This document shows, piece by piece, positions 16,993 to 27,731 of a DNA stretch of 32,248 bases. How positions within the stretch are numbered: position 1 is the first letter of the stretch; every line of letters begins with the position of its first letter. Both the position numbers and the translations under genes were made by a program. The notes beneath the pieces are model-generated. The model had not been told where the DNA came from and searched no databases. It worked only from the letters and a program-made list of their open reading frames with translations. The stretch is from Bacteroidia bacterium (GTDB taxonomy: Bacteria > Bacteroidota > Bacteroidia > UKL13-3). The stretch covers positions 1 through 32,248 of the forward strand of contig JBGAVF010000001.1 in the NCBI GenBank assembly GCA_044228315.1, written 5' to 3'.

Positions 16993-18084
16993 ATGAAGCC
17001 ATTCCTCATCAGCTTACTTTTTATTGGGATCCTGTGCACCGGTAAGTCACAGGATGAGGTGCCGGCCCTGGTAAGTCTGGATATTTACGAGCAGTCCGAT
17101 ACCCTGGGCTTCAATCTGGTGAGTTCCATTCCGGCCCTGCTCTACGACGGGGTGCATAACGGAAGCATCACCCTGTGGGATTCACCGAAAAAAGAGATCA
17201 ACATGAGCGGCAGTTTTTTAAAGCAACTGGAAGAAGCCAATCAAACGGATTTCAGCATACAGCATTACCTTTTTTTACATGAAGTATGGTACACCAATAA
17301 GCGTGAAACCATGTTCCGCATTGTTGGATTTTCGTTTGTGGGCATGAATAAAACCGACAGCACGAAATTCAATTACGGGTATATTGATATGAAGGAGATC
17401 GAGAATCTGCTTCGCTCCAATTTTATTCCGGTGAACATCAACGGATATTATCAAACCACCTATTACGATGCCCTGTATCACCGCGATTATGAGTTCAACC
17501 TGTTGCAGCTGGGGCCGGTGTATTTCAAGGATTACAAGGTGGCCCTTAAAAACAAGAGCAAATATTTCAATCCGAAGAAAAAGATAATCACCTACAATCC
17601 GCTGGTACAGCGCAAGTTTGTGGCCTGTCGCCTCGACTCATCCATTTGCGCACGTTCGGCCGATGCACAGGAGTTGCTGAATGCGTTTACTGCGCATTAT
17701 ACCGCAAACCGGGAAGAGTTTTTAAATGCCGGTGGCGACAAGATCTTCTCTCACCTGCAAACCCGGTATCCAGTGGTGATCACACGGGTTGAATTCAGCA
17801 GCGTGTGGCGCAAAGAAAAACGGTTCATCTATGCAGAACCCGATTATCTCCTCGTGTATGCAGGTAATGTAATGCTCGACACATTGTACATGAAGAACCT
17901 GGATACCTGGGATGAACAGGTGAGCTTTAAGCGGGTGGCCCAGATCATTCGCGACAATGCCTACGACGTGCTCATCACACAGATCAACGAAACCCCAATC
18001 GATCCTCAGGATTCGAAGCGTTTTCTCGAAGCGCTGCGCTATTATCCATGGCATAAAACCAGCGAGTATTTCTTCAGCAAATAA
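16993..18084 (+). CDS. secreted protein, possibly a distant GldN-like paralogue
   Basis: The likely start is MKPFLISLLFIGILCTGKSQ (ATG 16993) rather than the track's TTG 16981, and it reads as a signal peptide. Motifs DGVHNGSITLWDS and LFLHEVWYTNKRETMFRIVGFSFV echo GldN blocks (G.ita Y..; W.FD.....l..ri.gi.P). Confidence 0.55.
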   Translation: MKPFLISLLFIGILCTGKSQDEVPALVSLDIYEQSDTLGFNLVSSIPALLYDGVHNGSITLWDSPKKEINMSGSFLKQLEEANQTDFSIQHYLFLHEVWYTNKRETMFRIVGFSFVGMNKTDSTKFNYGYIDMKEIENLLRSNFIPVNINGYYQTTYYDALYHRDYEFNLLQLGPVYFKDYKVALKNKSKYFNPKKKIITYNPLVQRKFVACRLDSSICARSADAQELLNAFTAHYTANREEFLNAGGDKIFSHLQTRYPVVITRVEFSSVWRKEKRFIYAEPDYLLVYAGNVMLDTLYMKNLDTWDEQVSFKRVAQIIRDNAYDVLITQINETPIDPQDSKRFLEALRYYPWHKTSEYFFSK

Positions 18085-18152
18085 AATTTGCAACGCCCTG
18101 TTTACCTTTTTGCCGGCTCCGGTACCAATTAGTAAATCCAATCTTTTACATT

Positions 18153-18974
18153 ATGAAACGCATCCCGGTTATTGTGGTATGGATTTGCTGTACCCTCATT
18201 TTAAAAGCACAAGGCAGTGGAGGAACTCAAGCCACTGTATATGTAAAACAGGCGTATGCCGAACGCGAACCTACACCCTGGCCACCGCTGCCCGAACGTG
18301 ACGTGTTCATCTGCAAACGCATCGAACGCATCATCGATACCCGTGAGAAGATGAACCTGAGCATGCGCTGGCCCCAGCAAAGTTTTATGGATGTGATCTA
18401 TCAGGGTATAAAAGACGGAAAGCTCACCGCATATAAAAACGACTCCATGGCATCCACCGGCGACTATGAGTGGGCCCGAATGGTGGGCGCCAAGCGGGTG
18501 CATGTGCAGCGTCAGAACTCGGAAGACGTATACGACTACTCCGATACCACCATTGTGTCCCCGCTGAGTGCGGCCGATTTTAAAAAGTTCAAGATCATAG
18601 AGAACTGGATCTTCGACCGCAACACGGGCGAACAATATACCCGCATCGTGGCCATCGCCCCAATCTACGATCTGGAAGTGAACGGCATTTCGCTGGGTGA
18701 ACAGGCGGCCTTTTATTTAAGCTATCAGCAATGCCGGAAACTGTTTGTGAATACCGAATTGTTCAACCGACACAACGATGCCGGTCGGCTTACCTACGAT
18801 GACTTTTTTGAGCAGCGCCTCTTCAGCAGTTACGTCACCAAAACCAGTAATGCCTTTGACCTCGCCATACGCGACTTCGATGAATTTCATGTGAACGGGG
18901 TGGAGGCATTATACGAAGGGGAAAGGCAGCGGGGCGAACTCGACAACACCGAAGGCGACATGTGGGAGCACTAA
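18153..18974 (+). CDS. GldN/PorN-family protein (T9SS/gliding component paralogue)
   Basis: Signal peptide, then RIERIIDTREKMNLSMRWP..FMDVIYQGIKDGKLTAYKND, FKIIENWIFDRNTGEQYTRIVAIAPI, and the terminal ..EGDMWEH. These match the conserved GldN blocks, including the characteristic ..DMW.Y/H C-terminus. Confidence 0.7.
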   Translation: MKRIPVIVVWICCTLILKAQGSGGTQATVYVKQAYAEREPTPWPPLPERDVFICKRIERIIDTREKMNLSMRWPQQSFMDVIYQGIKDGKLTAYKNDSMASTGDYEWARMVGAKRVHVQRQNSEDVYDYSDTTIVSPLSAADFKKFKIIENWIFDRNTGEQYTRIVAIAPIYDLEVNGISLGEQAAFYLSYQQCRKLFVNTELFNRHNDAGRLTYDDFFEQRLFSSYVTKTSNAFDLAIRDFDEFHVNGVEALYEGERQRGELDNTEGDMWEH

Positions 18975-19000
18975 TAATTTTCAGTGGATATGTAATAGAA

Positions 19001-19030
19001 AAAAGCCGGGGAACACCTCCGGTTTTTTTT
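19001..19030 (+). terminator. rho-independent terminator after the GldN-like gene
   Basis: aaaagccgg-ggaacacct-ccggtttt stem, extended by an A/T run and followed by tttttttt. Confidence 0.7.
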
Positions 19031-19073
19031 ATAGTAAGCCGCATCCTGTGATGCCTGAAAATGAAAAGATACG

Positions 19074-19081
19074 TACCTTTG
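19074..19081 (+). promoter_or_regulatory. -7 box (TAnnTTTG) for mfd
   Basis: tacctttg ends 11 nt upstream of the mfd ATG. Confidence 0.4.
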
Positions 19082-19092
19082 CAGGCCTTTGA

Positions 19093-22000
19093 ATGAAGAT
19101 ACGTGAATTGTTGCAGCTGTATGCTGAACAGGAGAAAACCCTTTCCATTCTAAGATGCCTGAACGAGCTCGAACCTCAGCGACTGCATCTCAAGGGATTG
19201 CATTGCTCATCGCGTTCGTTAATAGCCGCCACGCTGTATTACAAACAACCTCGCAACCACTGTTTCGTTTTTGCCACCCGTGATGAAGCGGGCTACTTTT
19301 TTACCGACCTCGAAAGTTTGAGCGACGGAAAAAAAGTGTTGTTTCTAGACACGTCGTTTAAACGGGAAGTACATCCTGAAAATTACGAGAATACCAAAGT
19401 GCACCTGCGTACCGAGGTGCTGGGTGAGATGAGCCTGAAAGATGCCACGCCCAATTTGCTGGTGACCTTCACGGAAGCCATCGCTGAAAAGGTGATCTCG
19501 AAAAAGGAACTCACCGAGCAAACGGTTCAGATCCATGTGAATGAAGAAAGGAACCTGGATACACTTGCCGAACAACTTTCGTTGTGGAATTTTGAGCGCA
19601 CCGATTTTGTGTACGAAGCCGGTCAATACGCCGTACGGGGCGGCATCGTGGATGTGTTCAGCTACTCGCATGAATTCCCGTACCGTATCGAATTTAACGG
19701 CAACACCATTGAGAGCCTGCGGGAGTTCGATCCGGTAACCCAGCTCTCACAAAAGGATGTGATGTGGCTGAATATTGTGCCCCGTATTGATAAAGAAAAA
19801 ACCATTCAGTTCAATACGCTCATCGATTACCTGCCTCCCGATACGGTAATATGGCTGAAAGACGGGCGCGACTGCAAAGAAGGGCTGAGTACTTTAAAGG
19901 ATTCCTTATTAGAGAATTTTCCGCAACTGCCGGAGTTCACTTCCCAGTTTGTGGGAGGCGATGAGATGATGCAGTCGCTCGCGCGCTATCATGTGATAGA
20001 ACTCGGTACCCGGGCTTTGTACAGGAACCAGCAGGAGATCGAATTCAGCATTTCACCCCAGCCTACGTTTCATAAGAACTTCAGCATGCTCATCGAAAAC
20101 CTGAAACAGAATCAGGCCGGAGGCATCAAGAATTTTGTATTCAGCGATACATCGAAACAGGTGGAACGTCTCTTCACCATTTTTCAGGACATTGACCGCA
20201 CGATAACCTTCGAACCCGTATACCATGGCATCAGTGAAGGCTTCATCGACCATGATATGGGCTTTGCCTGTTATACCGAACATCAGATCTTCGACCGGTT
20301 CTACAACTACAAAACACGACAAACCTTTTCCAAATCAAAAGCCCTTACACTTAAGGAACTGCGCGACCTGCAGCCGGGCGATTATGTTACGCATATCGAT
20401 CACGGCATCGGCAAATTTGCCGGACTCACCCGCATGAAAGACGGGCAGGGGGTGATGCAGGAAGTGGTGAAGCTGCAATACCGCGATGGTGACTTGTTGT
20501 TCGTGGGCATCAACTCACTGCATAAAATTGCTAAGTATGTAGGCAAGGACGGAACCGAACCCCGCATGCATAAGATCGGCAGTGATGTGTGGGAGAAGAT
20601 GAAGCAGAACACGAAACGGAAAGTAAAAGATATTGCCCGTGAACTGATCCTGCTGTATGCAAAACGAAAAGCCGAACCGGGTATGCAGTACAGTCCGGAT
20701 AACTACATGCAGATGGAGCTCGAGGCTTCGTTCATGTATGAAGATACGCCCGATCAGACCAAGTCGACCGAAGACGTAAAACGCGATATGGAATCGCCGC
20801 ACCCCATGGACCGCCTGGTATGCGGGGATGTAGGTTTTGGAAAAACAGAGATCGCCATGCGTGCCGCTTTCAAAGCGGTATGCGACAGCAAGCAGGTGGC
20901 CGTGCTGGTGCCCACCACCATTCTGGCCCATCAGCATTATAAAAACTTCCGCGAACGGTTCAAGGATTTTCCGGTGAACGTTGATTATGTGAACCGTTTT
21001 AAAACCAAAGGAGAACAGAAGGAAACGTTGCAGAAAGTGGCGGAAGGAAAAGTGGATGTACTCATCGGCACCCACCGCCTCATTAGCAAGGATGTGAAGT
21101 TCAAAGATCTTGGATTGATGATCATTGATGAGGAACAGAAGTTCGGTGTGGCTGCGAAAGAAAAGCTGAAGGAACGTAAAGTGAATGTAGATACGCTGAC
21201 GTTAACGGCAACACCTATTCCGCGCACCCTTCATTTCTCACTCATGGGTGCCCGTGACCTCAGTGTGATCAACACACCTCCCCCCAACCGTCAGCCCGTG
21301 ACCACCGAGCTCCATAACTTTTCGGATCAGATCATCAAAGGGGCGATCGACTATGAGCTGAAGCGGGGCGGACAGGTTTTTTTTGTACATCATAAAGTAA
21401 AAGATATTGAAGATATCGCATCCTACATTCGGCGCCTGTGTCCGCAATCGCGCGTAGCCGTAGCCCACGGACAGATGGACGGTGAGCATCTCGAAAACGT
21501 CATGATAAAATTTGTGGAGGCCGAGTACGATGTGCTGGTTGCCACTACCATCATTGAGTCGGGGCTCGACATCAGCAATGCCAATACCATCATCATCAAT
21601 AATGCCCACATGTTCGGCCTGAGTGATATACACCAGATGCGGGGCAGGGTAGGGCGCAGCAATAAAAAAGCATTCTGTTACCTGCTGGTGCCCCTCATCA
21701 GTGCCATGACCGATGATGCCAAAAAACGGTTAAGTGCCATTGAAGAATTCAGCGAGCTGGGCAGTGGCTTTAATATTGCAATGCGAGACTTAGATATTCG
21801 GGGGGCAGGAAATTTACTGGGCGGAGAACAAAGCGGTTTCATTGCTGAGATCGGTTTTGAGATGTATCATAAAATACTGGATGAAGCCATTCAGGAACTG
21901 AAGCTGGAAGAGTTCAGCGATGTGTTTAAAGAAGAACTGCAAACCATACGTGAAACGGCTTCGAATTGCGTGATCGAAAGCGACGAGGAGATGTTGATCC

Positions 22001-22428
22001 CCGATTACTATGTGCGCAACAATGCCGAACGGCTCTCATTGTATTCCGAATTCAGCGGGTTGAAAAGTGAGGAGCAGCTGCAGGGATTTCTGAGTCGTAT
22101 GAAGGACCGTTTTGGTGAATTGCCCGTACAGGTACATCACCTCTCGCAATCGATGCGGCTGAAATGGCTGGGCATGCGCATGGGACTTGAGAAGATCACC
22201 ATTCGGCAGTCGCTGATGCAATGTTATTTTACCAGCAATACACGCAGCAATTACTTCACTTCAGCAGCCTTCTCAAAATTCCTCGATTATGTACAGGTTC
22301 ATCCCATTCGTTGTCAGATGAAACAAACTCCGAAAAATCTCATTCTGGTGATCAAGAACATACGCAATACCGAAGCGGCCCTGCAGGTGCTTCAGGAGAT
22401 TGATGTAAAAAGCGGAAAGGGAAATTAA
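19093..22428 (+). CDS. mfd: transcription-repair coupling factor
   Basis: 1111 aa. UvrB-homology N-terminus, RNAP-interaction domain (GDYVTHIDHGIGKF), helicase motifs GDVGFGKTE, DEEQKFG, TATPIPRTL and QLHQMRGRVGRS-like (IHQMRGRVGRS), and a TRG region. Confidence 0.95.
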   Translation: MKIRELLQLYAEQEKTLSILRCLNELEPQRLHLKGLHCSSRSLIAATLYYKQPRNHCFVFATRDEAGYFFTDLESLSDGKKVLFLDTSFKREVHPENYENTKVHLRTEVLGEMSLKDATPNLLVTFTEAIAEKVISKKELTEQTVQIHVNEERNLDTLAEQLSLWNFERTDFVYEAGQYAVRGGIVDVFSYSHEFPYRIEFNGNTIESLREFDPVTQLSQKDVMWLNIVPRIDKEKTIQFNTLIDYLPPDTVIWLKDGRDCKEGLSTLKDSLLENFPQLPEFTSQFVGGDEMMQSLARYHVIELGTRALYRNQQEIEFSISPQPTFHKNFSMLIENLKQNQAGGIKNFVFSDTSKQVERLFTIFQDIDRTITFEPVYHGISEGFIDHDMGFACYTEHQIFDRFYNYKTRQTFSKSKALTLKELRDLQPGDYVTHIDHGIGKFAGLTRMKDGQGVMQEVVKLQYRDGDLLFVGINSLHKIAKYVGKDGTEPRMHKIGSDVWEKMKQNTKRKVKDIARELILLYAKRKAEPGMQYSPDNYMQMELEASFMYEDTPDQTKSTEDVKRDMESPHPMDRLVCGDVGFGKTEIAMRAAFKAVCDSKQVAVLVPTTILAHQHYKNFRERFKDFPVNVDYVNRFKTKGEQKETLQKVAEGKVDVLIGTHRLISKDVKFKDLGLMIIDEEQKFGVAAKEKLKERKVNVDTLTLTATPIPRTLHFSLMGARDLSVINTPPPNRQPVTTELHNFSDQIIKGAIDYELKRGGQVFFVHHKVKDIEDIASYIRRLCPQSRVAVAHGQMDGEHLENVMIKFVEAEYDVLVATTIIESGLDISNANTIIINNAHMFGLSDIHQMRGRVGRSNKKAFCYLLVPLISAMTDDAKKRLSAIEEFSELGSGFNIAMRDLDIRGAGNLLGGEQSGFIAEIGFEMYHKILDEAIQELKLEEFSDVFKEELQTIRETASNCVIESDEEMLIPDYYVRNNAERLSLYSEFSGLKSEEQLQGFLSRMKDRFGELPVQVHHLSQSMRLKWLGMRMGLEKITIRQSLMQCYFTSNTRSNYFTSAAFSKFLDYVQVHPIRCQMKQTPKNLILVIKNIRNTEAALQVLQEIDVKSGKGN

Positions 22429-23818
22429 TTCTTTACGTACTTTATCAGCTTGCCTTTATACACATCCCCTTCTTCGGTGGTGATGATATAGATATAAGGC
22501 CCTTCACGGTAACCGGTAAGGTCGAGGGTCACCTCTTCACCGGCTTCAAACGATTTTTTCAGCATTGAATTTCCCACCCCGTCGGTAAGGGTGATCTTCA
22601 TGGCTTTGCCGAACGATTTGCTGTGGCATATACGTTGTGGTGGTTTTTACCGGGTTCGGATAGAAGAATCCTTCGGCGGTTTTCAGATCTTCAAAGGTGC
22701 CTTTCGAACTGATTTTCCAGAAGTTTACGCCGTTGTTACGACTGAATATGATACCGTAATTACCGTCGTGAAGTTTGTGAAGCATGCGCACATTATTGAT
22801 CGAGTCAAGAAAACGGAAGGCGGTGCTATTGGCAGGATACAATGACTTCTCAATTTGTTCCACGACATAACTGTTGCATTTGCTGCCCAGCACATGCAGG
22901 GTCTCTTTCGGCAATAGTAACAGTTGTAGGTGCTGCATGCGAGTTTGGTGATGCGTTTGGACTTCGGTGTGCCGTTGAGATTGTATTCGTAAATGTTCTC
23001 ATAAAAAGCCGTGTCGCCTTTGCTGAGGATCTCACCCACGCGCAGGGTGTTGTTAAGGAATAACAGGGTGGTGCTGCGTATGGTTTCAAACCGTTTGTGA
23101 CTGATGCGCACATGGTAATGAATATTGCCATCTGTTTAATGTCACTCAGCACCAGCGATTCATTGCTGTCGGTAAGTTCGATGCCGGTGGTATACACATG
23201 GTCATCGCTCACAAAGTAGCTGGCATTGAAAAAGCCCCGGTAGTAATAATAATCACGTGGCGCCCCGTCGGGTGCAATTACTGAAAGGGTAGCCCGTGGG
23301 TTCAGCGTGGAGAATGATGCACCGCAAACCAGCACGCGGTTGTCTTCAAGGGCCATGGTGGAGGAGCGTTCTCTTACCTGACGGTCGTACACGAAATAAT
23401 CGGCAAAGGTATTGTGCAGATAGGATTCCCAGAGTTTGTTCCCGTCGGCATCGAATTTCATCACATACCGTTCTCCGTAGGGATACACCATATCGAGTAC
23501 CAGGGTTCCGTTCTTTAGTTCGGTGATGCTTTGAATACTGAACTGCGCGGTGGAGTCATCGGTCTGGTATTGCTTTATGATCCGGTCCCACAGGCGGTTT
23601 CCGTCCCGGTCGGTTTTCAGCAGGTGCAGGTTAACGTTGTTGGTGTTTCCGAAAAGATTCTCAGTGTAACCGATGATGAACTCGAGGGTATGCAGTTCGG
23701 TAAATGCAGTGGCAAAGGCAGTACTGTCAGGCGTATAGTTTCGTTTGTACGAAACCGGTTGCGCCTGTGTAAGCAAGGTTATCAGGATCAGGACTGAAGT
23801 GTACAGTACTTTTCGCAT
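22425..23818 (-). pseudogene. T9SS-secreted protein gene, disrupted by multiple frameshifts
   Basis: A signal peptide MRKVLYTSVLILITLLTQAQ starts at 23818. The coding signal then moves through ORFs 22850..23893, 22725..23111 and 22546..22938, which lie in three different frames. A classical T9SS C-terminal domain (..FFYPNPVKTTTT / ..KAMKITLTDGVGNSMLKKSFEAGEEVTLDLTGYREGPYIYIITTEEGDVYKGKLIKYVKN-stop) follows in yet another frame change near 22630-22650. Confidence 0.7.
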
Positions 23819-23939
23819 GGATGGAATTCGGTGGAAAGTCTTCAAAAAATGTAAACAACGAAAATAATGAAAAATGCCATTGATATTCGTCAAAAATTAT
23901 CAACGAATACAGGAGTTATCAACGGAAAGTGAAGGGTTT

Positions 23940-23956
23940 GCCGGAAAGGTTCCGGC
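23940..23956 (-). terminator. perfect hairpin downstream of dnaE (possible terminator, no U tract)
   Basis: gccggaa-agg-ttccggc, 12 nt after the dnaE stop. Confidence 0.3.
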
Positions 23957-23967
23957 CTTGCAGGGTA

Positions 23968-26900
23968 TTACAGATCCTCGGGTATCGCAATATCTTCCAG
24001 CACATCGGTGTCAAGGGCCACCACTTCCGCTTCATCGGTGAAGCGCATCAACGGCAGGTCGTTCACCCGGTACTGTTCCAGCCCCAGGGCTTCAAATTGT
24101 CTCAGCACCCCGTCGGTAACATCAATTCTGAACTTCTTCGACAGGAGATCGATGCTCATGTTGTCGGATTTTGAAACAAGGGCAATTTTAAAATTACAAT
24201 TACCCGGATGTTCTGTAAGTATGCGGGTAAGTTCGGTGATCATCTCTTCATCGATGCGTTCCACATCCATTTGCAGCACCAGTTGCTTCAGCATTTTTTC
24301 ACGGATATCCCCCAGGTGTTCAATGCTGGTAATTTTAAATTCCATTTCCTGGGCCTGTTGCCAGCGGGGTGCCATGCGGCCTTTAATCAGTAAGAAATTA
24401 TTCGGACGGAACTTGCTGCTGAACGTTTCGTAATTGGCATTGAAGAGTGCGATCTCCAGGGTATTGTCGTAGTCTTCGATCACGGCTTTCAGAAACGGCT
24501 TGTTGGTTTTTGTCATGCGCTCTTCACACGATACCACAATGGCACCGATGGCGAATTCACCATCTTTGGCTGCTTTCACCGCAGAGATATTACCCCGGGT
24601 GAAATGTTTCATCTCGAATTTGTAATCATCGAGCGGATGTCCGCTCACATACATACCCACCACTTCACGTTCTTTCTTTAATTCAAGTAACCGGATCCAG
24701 GGTTCGCATTTGGGCAGGGCCGGTTCGGGCAAATGGTTTTTCGAATCGGAACCTCCGAAGAGGCTGGCCTGGTTGGAGTTGGCATTTTCCTGTACCATGT
24801 TTCCGTAGCGAAGGGCTTTTTCAATGAGGTTGGGTTCCCGTTCATTATTTTCCGGGTAAAAATACTGGGCACGGTGGGTGTTCTCAAAGCTGTCGAAGGC
24901 GCCCGATATGACCAATGGTTCAAGCACCCGTTTATTCACCGATTTCAGGTTCACACGGCAGGTGAGGTCGAAAATACTTTTGAACGGACCGTTTTTGGTG
25001 CGTTCTTCAATGATGGCTTCAGATGCACCCTGTCCCACACTTTTTACCGCGCCCATACCAAAGCGGATGGCGCCTTTTTTATTCACCGTAAACAACAGTT
25101 CCGACTCATTGATATCCGGCCCGAGAACCTGAATGCCCATGCGTTTACATTCCTCCATGAAGAAGGCCACCTTGTCGATATTGTCTTTGGAATGCGTAAG
25201 CAAGGATGCCATGAATTCACTCGGGTAATGCGCTTTGAGGTAAGCGGTTTGAAAAGCCACCACACTGTAAGCCGCTGCATGCGATTTGTTGAAAGCATAC
25301 GAGGCGAATTTTTCCCAGTCGGTCCATACCTTTTCCAGCACGGAAGGTTTATGACCTTTGGCAGTCGCGTTGGTCATGAATTTATCCTTCATCTTATCCA
25401 GGGTTTTCAGGTCCTTTTTACCCATGGCTTTACGCAGAATGTCGGCTTCTCCTTTGGTAAAGTCGGCAAGCTTCGTACTTAAAAGCATTACCTGTTCCTG
25501 GTATACGGTGATGCCGAATGTTTCCTTTAGTACATCTTCCATGTCGGCGATGTCGTAGGTAACTTCTTTCTTGCCGTGTTTGCGTTCAATATACAAAGGG
25601 ATATAGGCAATAGGTCCCGGACGGAACAAGGCGTTCATGGCGATGAGGTCCTCGAAGCGGTCGGGTTTCAGGTCGCGGAGGTATTTGCGCATGCCGGGAC
25701 TTTCGAACTGAAAGGTGCCGACGGTTTCACCACGCTGGTAGAGCTGCAGTGTTTTTTCATCGTCAAGCGGAATTTTCTCCAGGTCGATCTCCACTCCGTA
25801 ATTTTTCTTGATCAACTGAAGGGCTGTTTTTAAAATGGACAGGGTGCGCAGCCCAAGGAAGTCCATTTTAATAACCCCGGCATTTTCAATGATCGATCCT
25901 TCGTATTGTGTGATATAAAGCGAAGAATCTTTGGCGGTGGCAATCGGGATGATATCGGTGAGGTCGCTGGGGGCGATGATGATGCCCGCTGCATGCACGC
26001 CGGTGCCGCGCACGCTGCCTTCAAGCACCATGGCTTCCTTCAGCACCCGGGCTTCAATGCCATTGTCTTCGGCATAAATACTACGAAGCTTTTTCACATT
26101 CTCCAGATCTTCCGGGTCGAGGTATTTTTAGTCGTCGAGGGGCTTGGTCATGATCTCGTTCAGGTTGGTGCCCGGCTTATCGGGTACCAGCTTGGTAAGA
26201 TTATTCGACTCAGGAATGCTGAGTTCCATAACACGGGCCACATCCTTTATACTCATTTTAGCCGCCATGCTGCCGTAGGTCACAATTTGCGCCACCTGCA
26301 TCTTGCCGTATTTCTCTACAACATAGTCAATCACACGCTGACGTCCTTCATCGTCGAAGTCAGTATCAATATCGGGCAGTGATTTCCGTTCGGGGTTTAA
26401 AAAACGTTCGAAGAGCAGGTTGTATTTCAGCGGGTCGATGTTGGTGATGCCGATGCAATAGGCTACCACGCTGCCGGCGGCTGAACCCCGTCCGGGTCCT
26501 ACGAATACACCGATATCTTTTCCGTGGTTGATGAAGTCCTGTACAATAAGAAAGTACCCGACGAATCCCATGCGTTCAATCGTACCCAGCTCGAAGTTGA
26601 TGCGTTCTTCAATTTCGGCGGTCACATCCACATACCGTTTTTTTGCGCCCATCCTGGTGAGGTGGCGCAGGTACTGTTCCTGGGTCAGGAATTCCTTTGG
26701 TATCTGATACATGGGAAGTATCACATCGCGTTGCAGTTTCAGTTCGGATACGCGATCCACGATCAGGTTGGTATTGTCGATGGCCTGAGGGATATCTTTG
26801 AACAGCTCCGACATCTCGGCTGTCTTTTTAAAATAGAACTGGTCGTTATAGAAGGCAAAGCGACGGTCTTTCACCTGCATATCATCATCCACGAATTCCT

Positions 26901-27606
26901 TTATCACCGGGGTACTTAGTTTTTCACCTGTATTTATGCAGAGCAGGATATCATGGGCCACGCTGTCGGGCTGGTCGATATAATGGGAGTCGTTGGTAGC
27001 GATGACCGGGCGCTGGTATTTTTCAGCAAACTTCATCAGTACCTCGTTCACGATCTTTTGTTCGGGCATATCGTGGCGTTGCAATTCAATGAAGTAGTCG
27101 TCGCCGAAGAGGTTGAGCCACCATTCAAATTCCTTTCGGGCTTCCTCTTCTCCTTTTTTCAGAATGGTTTGGGGCACGAGGGCCCCGATGCAGCATGTGG
27201 TGGCGATGAGGTCATCGTGGTATTTCTCAATAAGGGCTTTATCGATGCGGGGGTATTTGCCGTATTGCCCTTCTATATATCCCAGTGAACATAGTTTGAT
27301 CAGGTTTTTATAGCCGTTCTCATTCTTTGCCAGCAGCAGCTGATGGTATCTTTTGTCTTTATCCTCTTTGGTGAACGATTTCTTGAAACGGTCTTCCACC
27401 ACATAAAATTCGCAACCCACAATTGGTTTCACACCTTGTTTCTGTGCTTCGGCCACAAACTGGAACACACCGAACATATTTCCATGGTCGGTGATGGCAC
27501 AGGCGGGCATGCCGTCCTCTTTTGCCTTTTTCAGCATTTTCTTAATGTCGGCGGCCCCGTCGAGGAGGCTGAACTGGGTATGACAGTGTAAATGAGAGAA
27601 TTTCAT
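23968..27606 (-). CDS. dnaE: DNA polymerase III alpha subunit, interrupted by an in-frame TAA as sequenced
   Basis: ORF 26128..27606 carries the PHP domain (HLHCHTQFSLLDG) and palm (GSAAGSVVAYCIGIT, PDIDTDF). ORF 23968..26097 carries the fingers (LEGSVRGTGVHAAGIII), the beta-binding/HhH region and the OB fold. The two are in the same frame and are separated only by TAA at 26128-26130: ..KPLDD-stop-KYLDPEDLENVKKLRSIY.. Confidence 0.9.
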
Positions 27607-27723
27607 GGGCCGGTAAAAGTAAAACGAAGTAGTCCCGAAAACAGAAAGTGTTGAAAATTTTGTACACTTTTAATTATCAGTCAATTAAGTTTAAAATTAA
27701 TTTGTTCCTTTCAAAATTAACTT

Positions 27724-27731
27724 TAGATTTG
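27724..27731 (+). promoter_or_regulatory. -7 box (TAnnTTTG) for the giant surface-protein gene
   Basis: tagatttg sits in a very AT-rich spacer, 24 nt before the first in-frame ATG (27756). Confidence 0.4.

Noticed and set aside
26098-26130. Stop-codon reassignment, or a split-intein or naturally split DnaE, as an explanation for the dnaE TAA.
   Set aside because: TAA terminates era, nrdJ, hppA, mfd and the first ORF at positions consistent with homologues, so it is not reassigned. No intein blocks (Cys/Ser start, HN end) or extra sequence flank the stop, and the flanking protein sequence is continuous.
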